Below, piece by piece: positions 47,015 through 56,759 of a stretch of 64,000 nucleotides of DNA (position 1 is the first letter of the stretch; every line of letters starts with the position of its first letter). Origin of the DNA: a bacterium (GTDB taxonomy: Bacteria > Actinomycetota > Acidimicrobiia > Spongiisociales > ZC4RG35); NCBI GenBank assembly GCA_028824015.1, contig JAPPFC010000055.1, forward strand, positions 40,506 through 104,505. The letters are read 5' to 3'. The position numbers and the translations under genes are program-made. The notes beneath the pieces were generated by a model. It saw nothing but the letters and a program-made list of their open reading frames with translations, was not told the origin of the DNA and did no database searches.

Positions 47015-48051
47015 TGCTCTTCTATTATCCCCGACTTGCCTTCCCGAAGGTAGCTCACCGCTTCGGAGATCGATTCGACCGCCACGATCTCAACCTCCAC
47101 GGGGGCGGTGCTGGCCTCATCGTAGTTGTCCCTAGGCACCAGCACCACATCCGCGCCGGCCGCCTCAGCCGCCACCAGTTTCTGGCGGATCCCCCCGATT
47201 GCCCCGACCGTTCCGTCCATGCTTATGGTCCCCGTTCCCGCCACAATCCTCCCGTCAGTCAATTCTCCCTGCTCGAGTAGATCGATTATCGCCAGCGTAT
47301 AGATCATCCCCGCCGACGGCCCGCCGTAGTTCGCCGAGTCGATCTCGATCGGATAGGCGGTGGATGCCGTGATCCCCACCATGGCTCGTTCAGGTGTCTC
47401 TGGGTTCTCATGCAGCGCAAAGCTGAGGACTGTCGGCTCGGCGTCCCGGATGACGGTTACCTGCACCTGATCTCCGGGCCGGCGGTCCTCCAGTATGCGG
47501 CGGATGTCCTCCACGGTCCGAACCGGCTGCGCCTCCATCTCCACGACCAGGTCGCCATCGATGAGCGCATCGGAGGCCGGCGCCTCGTGGAAGACCCCCA
47601 CCACCTCCACCCCTTCAGCAAGGGTCTCCTCCAGGCCGAGTTCGGAGAGGGCCACCGCGATGGCTATGTCCTTGGACCTGTCCATGGCGCGAAGATTCCG
47701 TTGGCGGGCCTCGTCGTCGGTCTCCCCCCCGGGACGGAGCAACTCCCTCTCGATCAAGTCGATCCTCTGGTCGAAGAGAGCGATCGCCGCCTCGTAGAGA
47801 TTGACCGGCTGGAGGCTGACGGTAAGGAGGATCAATTCTCCCTCCGGCTGGAAGACCGCCAGGTCCTCCTCCACGATCACCGCGTCAACCGCGTCATCGG
47901 TAGGTCCGGCCGAGGCGGCGAAATAGGGGAGGTTGATCAGCCAGGCCAGGGGGGTCAGGAGGGCCAGGACGACCGCGGTCCACCAGAATGATCGACGCCG
48001 CGCACGGGCGGTAGGGGGCACGTAACGGTGGGGGGCAGCCAATGTTTCCAT
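47011..48051 (-). CDS. PDZ-domain Lon-like (S16) serine peptidase, YlbL-type, membrane-anchored
   Basis: N-terminal TM helix, then a PDZ domain, then a Lon proteolytic domain carrying the GGPSAGM catalytic Ser with a downstream Lys. The start is probably METLAAP at 48051. The track ORF extends to 48147. Confidence 0.75.
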   Translation of the reverse strand: METLAAPHRYVPPTARARRRSFWWTAVVLALLTPLAWLINLPYFAASAGPTDDAVDAVIVEEDLAVFQPEGELILLTVSLQPVNLYEAAIALFDQRIDLIERELLRPGGETDDEARQRNLRAMDRSKDIAIAVALSELGLEETLAEGVEVVGVFHEAPASDALIDGDLVVEMEAQPVRTVEDIRRILEDRRPGDQVQVTVIRDAEPTVLSFALHENPETPERAMVGITASTAYPIEIDSANYGGPSAGMIYTLAIIDLLEQGELTDGRIVAGTGTISMDGTVGAIGGIRQKLVAAEAAGADVVLVPRDNYDEASTAPVEVEIVAVESISEAVSYLREGKSGIIEEQ

Positions 48052-48191
48052 CAAGCGTAGATGCTTTTTTCTCCATATGGAGAGTGCGTTCCTCCACCTG
48101 AGGAGGGGCCCCCGGTCCGGTAACCTGGATGGAGCAACCGCGGTCATACCAGCAACCCCAGAGATCCAACCGGCAACCCAAAGGAGCGGCC

Positions 48192-48797
48192 ATGGCGTTT
48201 TTCACCCCCCATCACGAAGTTCTGGCGGCTCGGGTTCTCCGGCCGGCGCGGGCCGTTCCCACAGCAGCAGTCTGGGTGGCGCAGGTAGTGGGATTCGCCC
48301 TGCTGACCGCTCTCTTCGCCCAGATCCGCATCACGCTTCCATTCACGCCGGTGCCCATTACCGGCCAGACCTTCGCGGTACTGCTGTCCGGGGCTGCCCT
48401 GGGCATGTGGGCCGGGGGCGCCAGCCAATTCCTTTACATAGTGCTGGGCATCTTCTTCCCGTTCTACGCGGGCGGAACATCGGGGACCGAGGTGCTGTTC
48501 GGCGCCACCGGCGGGTACCTGTTCGGATTCGTGATCGCAGCCGCCCTGGTGGGAAAGTTGGCCGAACGTCACCACGACCGCCGGGTGATCTCGGCGGTCA
48601 CCGCCTTTTTGACCGGAAGTCTGATCATCTATGTGTTCGGCGTGATCGGGCTGATGGCAGCCTCAGCGACCCAATTCGACTTGGTCACCGCTTTGGAGAA
48701 AGGCGTGGTGCCCTTCATCGTGGGAGACGTGATCAAGGCATACGCCGCCGGCCTGCTGCTTCCTGCCGCCTGGAATCTCACCAACCGCGACACTTAG
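48192..48797 (+). CDS. bioY: Biotin transporter BioY (ECF-type S component)
   Basis: VPITGQTFAVLLSGAALG and a 5-6 TM profile. AAGGAG RBS 6 nt upstream of the ATG at 48192. Confidence 0.8.
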   Translation: MAFFTPHHEVLAARVLRPARAVPTAAVWVAQVVGFALLTALFAQIRITLPFTPVPITGQTFAVLLSGAALGMWAGGASQFLYIVLGIFFPFYAGGTSGTEVLFGATGGYLFGFVIAAALVGKLAERHHDRRVISAVTAFLTGSLIIYVFGVIGLMAASATQFDLVTALEKGVVPFIVGDVIKAYAAGLLLPAAWNLTNRDT

Positions 48798-48989
48798 GAC
48801 CCGGGAGTCCGCGGTAGAGGACGGTTGAGCGGCCCACGCCAAACTGACGATCGCTGGACCCGGGACCCGGTCCCAGAGCGCCTCCACCTCCTTGCGTGAC
48901 GCCAGACTTCCTGGTGCTCCCCCTTACCATTTACTACCGGAGGACGCCACTCAAAGCCGAAGGTCCTGACCAATGCGAATAGGTGCGCC

Positions 48990-50699
48990 ATGTTGAAGAT
49001 GAGCGGAGGCCAAGCCCTCGTGAGATCCCTTGTCCGGGAGGGTGTCGAAGTGGTGTTTGGGGTACCCGGCATACAGTTGTACGGGATAGTTTCAGCTCTG
49101 CGTGATGAACCCGCGGTCCGGATGATCACCACCCGGCACGAGCAGGCTACCACCTACATGGCAGATGGCTACGCCCGGACAACAGGAAAACCGGGAGTGG
49201 CGTTGGTGGTTCCAGGAGTAGGCCTCTACAACGCTGCCGCGGGGATAGCCACCGCTTATGCCCGCTGTTCCCCGGTGTTGGTGATCGCCGGTCAAGTCCC
49301 CAGGGACCAGATAGGTAAGAACCGCGGGGCTGTTCACGAGATCGCCGATCAACCCTCGGTGGTGCGCCCCGTCACGAAGTGGCGAACGAGGGTCCTGACC
49401 GTGAGCGAGATACCGTCTGCGGTCAACGAAGCCTTCCGGCAGATGCGCACCGGGTGCCCCCGTCCCGTCCTTATCGAGATCCCGCCCGATGTTGGCGTGG
49501 AACGAGGGGAAGTCAGTCTCCGGCGACCCACTCCCGTGTCGCCGCTGGTGCCCAGCCAGGAACGACTTCGGGAAGCGGCGTCCGTGATAGCAAGATCCCG
49601 GCTTCCCCTGATCTATGCGGGCGGCGGCGTGGCGAGATCCAACGCAGAAGCAGCCCTCGTCAGGTTGGCCGAAGCGACCAGAATCCCCGTCATCACATCC
49701 GGCGGTGGGAAGGGAACCATACCGGACAGTCACCCCCTGGCTTACGGCTCATGTGTCAGCCCGAGGGGGGAGAGACACGAGATGAACCAACTGTACGAGG
49801 TGATGGAATCGGCCGATGTCGTGATCGGGATCGGCACGCGTTTCTCCCTGGGGAACCCCGCCGGCGAGTCATCCACTCTTATCAACATCAATGTCGATGA
49901 CAACGAACTGATGAGTGTGCAGTCCAACACGATCCCCTTGCATGGCGACGCCCGGGCAACCATCGGAGCACTCCTCCCTCTCCTTCACCAGGTCGGGGCG
50001 GGAGACCGGCCGTCACCTGCTGAAGCGGTCATCGCCGCGCGCCGGTTGATTGCCTATTACGACATCCAGGACCGGGAACCACAGTACCCCATTCTGCAGG
50101 TGCTACGGGACAGCATCCCCGATGACGGCATCGTGGTTTGGGACGTGTCACAGTTCGGCTTCTACGCCCGGACCCACTTCCAGGTGAATCATCCCAAGAC
50201 CTACATTGATTCGGGATACTCGTTCAATCTGGGATACTCGTTCCCCACCGCCCTGGGTGCTAAGGTGGCCCAGCCTGATCGTCCCGTGTTGTGCGTCGTC
50301 GGCGATGGCGGGTTTCTGTTCAACTCCTCTGAGCTGTCCACCGCCGTCAGGTACGGGATAAACGTGACGACCATCATCTTCAGGAACGACTCATATGGCA
50401 ATGTGGCCCGCGACCTCGACGATCTGTTCGGCGGAACCTACGAAACCGATCTGCACAATCCTGACTTTGTCGACTTCGCCCGATCGTTCGGGGCAGTCGG
50501 CATGAGAGCCGACCAGCCCGGAGACCTGAGCAGGCTGATACCGCGCGCACTGGAACATTCGATGCCGGTCGTCATTGACGTACCGGTGCGGAGCATGCCG
50601 CTCCCGAGGCCCAGGGTGCTCCAGCACGTACCCTCCCTGTCATGGGCGATTCCCGAAGAAGATTCCAACTCCTCCGCCATGAGCAACCAAGCCAACTAA
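48990..50699 (+). CDS. Thiamine-diphosphate-dependent enzyme (acetolactate synthase large-subunit-like)
   Basis: 569 aa with Pyr, central and PP domains (VVFGVPGIQL, GVGLYNAAAGIATAY, VVGDGGFLF). It is the second TPP enzyme in the window. Confidence 0.75.
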   Translation: MLKMSGGQALVRSLVREGVEVVFGVPGIQLYGIVSALRDEPAVRMITTRHEQATTYMADGYARTTGKPGVALVVPGVGLYNAAAGIATAYARCSPVLVIAGQVPRDQIGKNRGAVHEIADQPSVVRPVTKWRTRVLTVSEIPSAVNEAFRQMRTGCPRPVLIEIPPDVGVERGEVSLRRPTPVSPLVPSQERLREAASVIARSRLPLIYAGGGVARSNAEAALVRLAEATRIPVITSGGGKGTIPDSHPLAYGSCVSPRGERHEMNQLYEVMESADVVIGIGTRFSLGNPAGESSTLININVDDNELMSVQSNTIPLHGDARATIGALLPLLHQVGAGDRPSPAEAVIAARRLIAYYDIQDREPQYPILQVLRDSIPDDGIVVWDVSQFGFYARTHFQVNHPKTYIDSGYSFNLGYSFPTALGAKVAQPDRPVLCVVGDGGFLFNSSELSTAVRYGINVTTIIFRNDSYGNVARDLDDLFGGTYETDLHNPDFVDFARSFGAVGMRADQPGDLSRLIPRALEHSMPVVIDVPVRSMPLPRPRVLQHVPSLSWAIPEEDSNSSAMSNQAN

Positions 50700-50742
50700 A
50701 GAGCGGTTCAGGCTCCGCCCCCAGCCGGAGTCTTCCAACCCG

Positions 50743-50758
50743 GAACCCGGCCGGGTTC
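50743..50758 (+). terminator. Palindrome GAACCCGGCCGGGTTC (terminator-like hairpin) 44 nt after the TPP-enzyme stop
   Basis: A perfect 16-bp palindrome followed by the T-containing GTTCGTTCCT. Confidence 0.4.
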
Positions 50759-50906
50759 GTTCCTCGCAAGGGTTGTTGGTTGGTGGCGGCATTCGACGCC
50801 GCTCCTCGACCAGGGAACTCCTACCCGCGTGTTCTCCTCCGCCAATCGTCGAGAAGCACCCGCACGGCCGTCACAACCATGCTGTTGACCATGAACTTCC
50901 AAGTCG

Positions 50907-51263
50907 TCAGATACGGCTCTCGATCAGGGCAATCAACGCTTCGGCGTCACCGTTCCACCGGTCGAGTTCACCGGCGTCAACCACCACCCGCCACACATCG
51001 TCTGCTCCAGCCAGGACGGCCGGCAAGGCGCCGGCGGCACTTCTTTGGGCGGGTGACGCCCGATCGCGGTGGATCAATTGCAGCTTGAAGGGTGCGTCCG
51101 CGCAGGCTCTCTTCCAATCTCGGCGACCCAGGGGATTCCAACCGTGAGTGATGTCGCACAGGGAGCAGTGTTGCCCTCCCGAGATCAGTCCCAGGGCATA
51201 ACGCAACTCCCCCTTCCAACCCCCGTCGGCGTTGTAAATGCCGACTATCTGCTCCTCCTTCAT
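50907..51263 (-). CDS. Hypothetical CxxC-motif protein
   Basis: 118 aa with CSLCD. No confident family assignment. Confidence 0.4.
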   Translation of the reverse strand: MKEEQIVGIYNADGGWKGELRYALGLISGGQHCSLCDITHGWNPLGRRDWKRACADAPFKLQLIHRDRASPAQRSAAGALPAVLAGADDVWRVVVDAGELDRWNGDAEALIALIESRI

Positions 51264-51314
51264 GCCGGAACCTTCCTTCGGGCGAGGCAGACGTGAGGAA
51301 CAACGCGTCCGGCG

Positions 51315-52133
51315 TCAACCGGACTCCGGTACGGGGGAGTCACCCGTCGTGCCAAGATAGGCGCCGATCACGTCCACGTCGGTCTGGACTTCCTCGGGCA
51401 ATCCTTCCGCGATCTTTTGACCGAAGTCAAGCACCATCACGCGGTCGGCGATATCCATCACCAGGCTCATGTCGTGCTCCACCAGGATCATGGTGATACC
51501 CAACTCATCCTGGATGTCGAGGATGAACCGGGCCATGTCCTCGGTTTCCTCCACGTTCATACCCGCCACCGGCTCGTCCAGCAACAGGAGTTCGGGCTCC
51601 ATGGCCAGGGCCCGACCCAACTCCACCCGCTTCTGGATCCCGTAGGGGAGCAGCCCCACCGGGTGTTTTCGCCAGCGCTCGATCTCCAGGAAGTGGATTA
51701 TTTCCTCCACCTTGAAGCGGTTCTCCAGTTCCTCCCGCTTGGCCCTGCCCCACCACAGCATCCCGGCCAACCAGCCGTGGTTCATCCGGATATGACGACC
51801 GGAGAAGATGTTGTCCATCACGGTCATGTGAGCGAAGAGCGCTATGTTCTGAAAGGTGCGGGCGATGCCCCGCTCGGCCGTCTGGTTGGGCTTCATACCC
51901 ATCAGGGAATCTCCCTTCCAGAGAATGGTTCCCTCCTGGGGTCGATAGACCTGGTTGATGCAGTTGAAGATCGAAGTCTTTCCCGCGCCGTTAGGGCCGA
52001 TGATCGAGAATAATTCCCCCTCGTTCACATGGAAGGACACACCCTTCAAAGCCACCAATCCCCTGAACGAAAGGCTTATGTCGCGGACCTCCAGAAGGGC
52101 GGGTGGGCCGGCGTCGGGGCTCATGACAGCCAT
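51315..52133 (-). CDS. livG: Branched-chain-amino-acid-type ABC transporter ATP-binding protein (LivG-like)
   Basis: Walker A GPNGAGKTS, the LSGGQ-equivalent, and the LivG-specific insert. An alternative start, ATG 52124, overlaps the livF stop as ATGA. Confidence 0.85.
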   Translation of the reverse strand: MAVMSPDAGPPALLEVRDISLSFRGLVALKGVSFHVNEGELFSIIGPNGAGKTSIFNCINQVYRPQEGTILWKGDSLMGMKPNQTAERGIARTFQNIALFAHMTVMDNIFSGRHIRMNHGWLAGMLWWGRAKREELENRFKVEEIIHFLEIERWRKHPVGLLPYGIQKRVELGRALAMEPELLLLDEPVAGMNVEETEDMARFILDIQDELGITMILVEHDMSLVMDIADRVMVLDFGQKIAEGLPEEVQTDVDVIGAYLGTTGDSPVPESG

Positions 52134-52909
52134 CGCTTGCGACGCTTGTAGTGCTTGACTTCTCGGAACGATTTGCGTTCCCCGGCGCGGAGACCCAGAT
52201 AAAACTCCTGGACGTCCTCGTCGGCCAGGAGCTTTTCGGCAACCCCCTCCATGACCACCTTGCCGTTCTCCATCACATATCCATGATTGGCGATGGAAAG
52301 GGCCATGTGGGCGTTCTGTTCGATCAGCAAGACAGCCGTTCCCTGCCGGTTGATCTCCACGATGACCTCGGCGATGAGTTCCACCAAGCGGGGCGCCAAG
52401 CCAAGAGACGGCTCGTCGAGAATCACCAGTTTGGGAGACTGCATTAGCGCCCGGGCGATGGCCAGCACCTGCTGCTCTCCCCCCGACATGTATCCCGCCA
52501 CCTGGGTACGCCGGTCGGCGAGGGTGGGGAACAGGGCCATCACCCGGTCATAGGATTTCCGAGAAGCGTTTCGATCGCGGTTTATATAGGCGCCGGCCGC
52601 CAGATTCTCATCCACCGTCATCTCGGCGAAAATCCGGCGGCCTTCCATAACCTGACTGATCCCCATCCTCACCCGCTCGGAAGGGAGCATCCGGGTTATG
52701 TCCCTCCCCGCAAACCGGATCGAGCCTTTGGTGACGTCCCCCTCATGTACATCCAGCAAACCCGTTATCGCTCGGGCCGTCGTCGTCTTTCCTGCCCCGT
52801 TGGCGCCCAGCAACGCCACGATCGACCTCTCCGGAGCTTCCAGGGAGACTCCTCGCAGCACGAGAACGACATCTTTGTAGACGACTTCCAGGTTGGACAC
52901 TTCCAGCAT
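52121..52909 (-). CDS. livF: Branched-chain-amino-acid-type ABC transporter ATP-binding protein (LivF-like)
   Basis: MLEVSNLEVVYKD, GANGAGKTT, MSGGEQQ. AAGGA RBS before the ATG at 52909. Confidence 0.85.
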   Translation of the reverse strand: MLEVSNLEVVYKDVVLVLRGVSLEAPERSIVALLGANGAGKTTTARAITGLLDVHEGDVTKGSIRFAGRDITRMLPSERVRMGISQVMEGRRIFAEMTVDENLAAGAYINRDRNASRKSYDRVMALFPTLADRRTQVAGYMSGGEQQVLAIARALMQSPKLVILDEPSLGLAPRLVELIAEVIVEINRQGTAVLLIEQNAHMALSIANHGYVMENGKVVMEGVAEKLLADEDVQEFYLGLRAGERKSFREVKHYKRRKRWLS

Positions 52910-52987
52910 GGGCAATCCTTTTCGACTTGAAACACCCGGGGGCCGGCCCACCCGGGAGATGGGAGGGCCGGCCCCGCGGTCAACCAC

Positions 52988-54424
52988 TCAGGAGAGCTTG
53001 TAGCAAGCCTCTTCGAAGTAGTAGTCAGCAGCTATCGGGTGGGTGTAATAGGACTCGATCACCCTGGTTCCGATCGCGGTGGTGCCTGCAGCCAGTCCCT
53101 CCGGATCGGGACGATTTATCCAGGTCTGGCGTTGGAGACGCTCGTTGGGGCTGCCCACGTAGCTCTCGTTGGGAGCGATGCCGCCGAAGTCGACCTCCTC
53201 CATGCTCTTGGCAGCGGCCAACACCCCGCGCTGGGTCATATCGCCGTTCTCATAGGCCACCTTCAGAGCTTCGAACAGGATCATTCCCTCGACGAAACCT
53301 TCGATGACGTAGTCGATCGGAGGCACCTCCGGCGCGTATTGGGCCATAAGATCACGCAGATTCTGCATACCGGGAGAATCATCCGTGTAGGGCGGGAAGT
53401 AGGAAGCCCCATAGAAGTCCCGGGTCATGGCGTCCTTTATAGGGGAGTCGGGGGCCACGAAAGCGGGGCTCCAATTGGCGACGGTGCCCGACCACAACGC
53501 CACAAGCCCCTGGGCGAGGGCTGCGCCATAAACCTCGGCGAGGGTGGTGGGGTTGGCCGCCACCCACACAATGTCGGCGCCGCTCTGGGCGATGGCGTTA
53601 CCGATAGGGGCGTTGTCCTGGGAAGGAATAATCTGTCCCGAACCGTCATAGACGATCTCCAAGCCCAGCGTCTCGGCTGCTATCTTGGCGCCCGCAGCAG
53701 AGTCCAGCCCGTAGTCGCCCGGGAAGGTGGCGATCGCAAGAGTGGGATCGGCGACTCCGTTTTCCCCGGAGACATCGGACAGATACCCGATCATGTTCAT
53801 CGCCTCTATGCAGTAGGACGTGCCGTGGGAGAGAAGGTTGGCGTTCAGATCGGGATCCGACCAGCCCGAATACCAGGTGAGCGGAATGGCCAGAATGCCA
53901 TCTTCCGCCAGTTCCGGAAGGATTGCAATAGTGTGTGGCGACCCGGTGGAATGCCCGAACGCCACGACTTCGTCCCTGAGTTCCTCGAAGAACTGGACAT
54001 GGTTGTCAACCGAATACGCCGTGTCCCGGTAAAGCAGTTCCACCATTAGCCCGTGCACTCCGCCTCTGGCGTTGACGTCCGCCCAGAAGGTGTTGACGCC
54101 CGCCACCAGCAAGTTCACAGCAGGTCCGAAGGGTCCGGTCAGGTCAGAGAGCATTCCCACCTTGATTACCCCCGCTTCAAGATCCACACCTTTGTCGGTG
54201 GCAATCATCATGGGCTCTTCCTCGGCCATGGTTTCTCCCGTCGCCTCCTCCGTGGCCTCCTCGGGAGCGGCAGTGGTGCCGGGAGCCGCAGTGGTGGCAG
54301 GAGCAGCAGTGGTAACGGGAGCCGCAGTGGTGGCGGGAGCCTCGGCCTCGTCATCTCCCCCGCATGCTGCCGCGATCAGGCTCAACGCCATGATCATGGC
54401 CAGCCATTTGAATCGGGTCTTCAT
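52988..54424 (-). CDS. ABC transporter substrate-binding lipoprotein (LivK/Leu-Ile-Val-binding family, type I periplasmic binding fold)
   Basis: Lipobox LIAAACGG and an Ala/Thr/Pro/Glu linker precede the periplasmic-binding domain. Confidence 0.8.
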   Translation of the reverse strand: MKTRFKWLAMIMALSLIAAACGGDDEAEAPATTAAPVTTAAPATTAAPGTTAAPEEATEEATGETMAEEEPMMIATDKGVDLEAGVIKVGMLSDLTGPFGPAVNLLVAGVNTFWADVNARGGVHGLMVELLYRDTAYSVDNHVQFFEELRDEVVAFGHSTGSPHTIAILPELAEDGILAIPLTWYSGWSDPDLNANLLSHGTSYCIEAMNMIGYLSDVSGENGVADPTLAIATFPGDYGLDSAAGAKIAAETLGLEIVYDGSGQIIPSQDNAPIGNAIAQSGADIVWVAANPTTLAEVYGAALAQGLVALWSGTVANWSPAFVAPDSPIKDAMTRDFYGASYFPPYTDDSPGMQNLRDLMAQYAPEVPPIDYVIEGFVEGMILFEALKVAYENGDMTQRGVLAAAKSMEEVDFGGIAPNESYVGSPNERLQRQTWINRPDPEGLAAGTTAIGTRVIESYYTHPIAADYYFEEACYKLS

Positions 54425-54511
54425 ATCCTTTCCCCTTCTTGATAGTTCGCTTCAGTCATCGTCCCTTGGGGACTTGCCCTTTAGACCATCATAAGTCGGG
54501 GAGAAACCTAC

Positions 54512-55702
54512 TCAATAGGTAAACGGCCATCCTTTCCAGTAATTACGAATCCGTAGCCAGATCCCGTACAGACCCAATGGCTCGAAGATCATGAACAGGA
54601 TCACCAGGAGACCGAACAAAACCTGGTTGAGTTGGAATACCGACAGTCCGGGACCTGCTCCGGGGAGGATGTTCACGACCCCGAAGTCATCGGGGGAGAC
54701 GGAGATCACCGCGTCGGCGACCGAGGCCAGCAAGCCCTCTCCATCTGCGATCACGTTACTCAGCCATTCCGTGAAGTCCTGGACCAAACGGGGCAGCAGG
54801 ATCACGAACGCCGACCCCATCAAGGCGCCCGAGACGGTGCCCGCCCCTCCGATGAGGATGATGGCGATGAACTCCACCGACAGGAAGAGGTCCCAGGTCT
54901 CAGGAATCTGCCTCCCGACGAAAGATGCGAACAGAGCGCCGGCCACCCCGGCGTATGCCGAGGAAATCCCGAAGGCCATCAGTTTGTACTTGAACTCGTT
55001 CACACCCATTATCTCTGCGGCGATATCGCGGTCGCGAATAGCCTGGAAAGCGCGACCCGCCCTGGTGCGCTGCAGGTTCTTGGCCAGCACCGTCGCCACC
55101 ACCAGGAGACCCAGCATCAAGAGATAGACCTTGGCCTCCTCGCTGATCTCGAATCCCAACCAGACTCCGTCTGAGGCGAAGTCAACCAAGGGCTCCTCCT
55201 CCTTCCACATCCGAAGCTGGAACTCCGGAAACCTTCGTCCCGCGAAGGACCCGCCGGTAATGAACTTGAGGTTGCGCCAAGCCCACTCGCCGATGAACAC
55301 CAGTCCCAGGGTGGCGAATGCCAGGTACAGGCCCCGCACCCGCACCGCGGCCGGCCCAACCAGCAGCCCGATCGCGGCCGGGATGATTCCCGCCATGGGA
55401 AGCCAGATCCACATGGGCAGACCCCAACCCCACAAGTCGCCGGATGGGGCGCCGAAGACCACCCCCACATAGGCGCCGAGTCCCATGAAAAAGGCGTGCC
55501 CCAGAGAGACCTGGCCCGCCACCCCGGTGAGCAGGTTGATCCCCAGAGCCCCGATACCGAAGATGGCCACGTGCGACAAGAGCTTCATCCAGTCGTTGTT
55601 CCCGAGAAAATCGGGGTAGAAGGGAATGCTGGATGCGATGGGAGCGAGGGCCGCCAGGATCAGGAAAGTCGCCAGCGCCACCTTCTTGGTGGCGGTGGGC
55701 AT
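54512..55702 (-). CDS. livM: ABC transporter permease (LivM-like)
   Basis: 396 aa from MPTATKK; polytopic, with a LivM-like N-terminal extension. The track's 757-aa ORF is an artefactual upstream extension across livH. Confidence 0.8.
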   Translation of the reverse strand: MPTATKKVALATFLILAALAPIASSIPFYPDFLGNNDWMKLLSHVAIFGIGALGINLLTGVAGQVSLGHAFFMGLGAYVGVVFGAPSGDLWGWGLPMWIWLPMAGIIPAAIGLLVGPAAVRVRGLYLAFATLGLVFIGEWAWRNLKFITGGSFAGRRFPEFQLRMWKEEEPLVDFASDGVWLGFEISEEAKVYLLMLGLLVVATVLAKNLQRTRAGRAFQAIRDRDIAAEIMGVNEFKYKLMAFGISSAYAGVAGALFASFVGRQIPETWDLFLSVEFIAIILIGGAGTVSGALMGSAFVILLPRLVQDFTEWLSNVIADGEGLLASVADAVISVSPDDFGVVNILPGAGPGLSVFQLNQVLFGLLVILFMIFEPLGLYGIWLRIRNYWKGWPFTY

Positions 55703-55749
55703 CAGCGCCTGATCGGCAGAGTAGGAGGTGTGGAGGTGGGGACGGCTTC

Positions 55750-56700
55750 TCAAACCCGCCTGACCTCCGCGGTCCCGAAGATGCCGTAGGGACGGATGAA
55801 CAACACGATCATCATCACAAGATAAGGCACGATCCCGCTGAAGCCCGTCCCGAACAGCGGATGGTTCAAATAGCTGCCGGCCGCAGCCTCGGCCAATCCC
55901 ACCGACAACCCTCCGACCACCGCTCCCTTGACGGAATCCAACCCTCCCAGAATGATGGCGGGAAAGGCGCGGAAGACAAGGAATGCGGTATCGGGAAATA
56001 CCCCTATCCGCCGTGGATAGACGGATCCGAAGATCCCCCCCACCGTGGCCAAGACGGCGCCGATCGCCCAGGCAATGGCGAAGATGGCGCCAACATTGAC
56101 TCCCTGGGCGCGGGCCGCCTCCTGATCGAAGGCGGTGGCCCGCATGGCGATTCCGGTGCGGCTCCGGAAGAAGACCCCTACCAGCACCACCAGGGCCGCA
56201 GCCACCAGGAACTGAGCGATTTCGGTGTGGGCGATGATCACAAACCCCAGGTCGACAGAGGCGTCCCCCCAGGGATCGGCCATGGATCGGGGATCGGGCC
56301 CGATGTAGTCGGTGACGATGGTCATCAGGATGACGTTCATGCCCAGAGTGACGATCGCCACCGAGAACAGGTCCTCTCCCACCATGGGCCGCAGGAAAAC
56401 CCTTTCCAGCAGGATGCCCATCAGCGCCGAGAGCACCAAGGCCGTCACCACCGAGATAGACCACCCCAAGAGGGGAGGCAAATCGAGAAAACGACCGGGA
56501 AAATTGAGTTCCACGGCCACCCCGGCGGTGATAAAGGCCCCGAGGGTGGCCAGAGCGCCATGGGCGAAGTTCACCACCTGGGTGGCTTTGAATATGATGA
56601 CGAATCCCATCGCCAGCAGGGCGTAGATGGTTCCCAGCGAGAGTCCGCTGACGATGGTGCCCGCCAGTTGACTGTATTCGGCTTGGGCCAGGATCTCCAT
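55750..56700 (-). CDS. livH: ABC transporter permease (LivH-like)
   Basis: 316 aa with a BPD-transporter fold (GTIYALLAMGFVIIFKAT). Confidence 0.85.
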   Translation of the reverse strand: MEILAQAEYSQLAGTIVSGLSLGTIYALLAMGFVIIFKATQVVNFAHGALATLGAFITAGVAVELNFPGRFLDLPPLLGWSISVVTALVLSALMGILLERVFLRPMVGEDLFSVAIVTLGMNVILMTIVTDYIGPDPRSMADPWGDASVDLGFVIIAHTEIAQFLVAAALVVLVGVFFRSRTGIAMRATAFDQEAARAQGVNVGAIFAIAWAIGAVLATVGGIFGSVYPRRIGVFPDTAFLVFRAFPAIILGGLDSVKGAVVGGLSVGLAEAAAGSYLNHPLFGTGFSGIVPYLVMMIVLFIRPYGIFGTAEVRRV

Positions 56701-56759
56701 GGTCAGAAGCCGAGCCCCGTCGGGGCATCCCTAACCCGGTCCTCCGAATCCAGCGCCAT

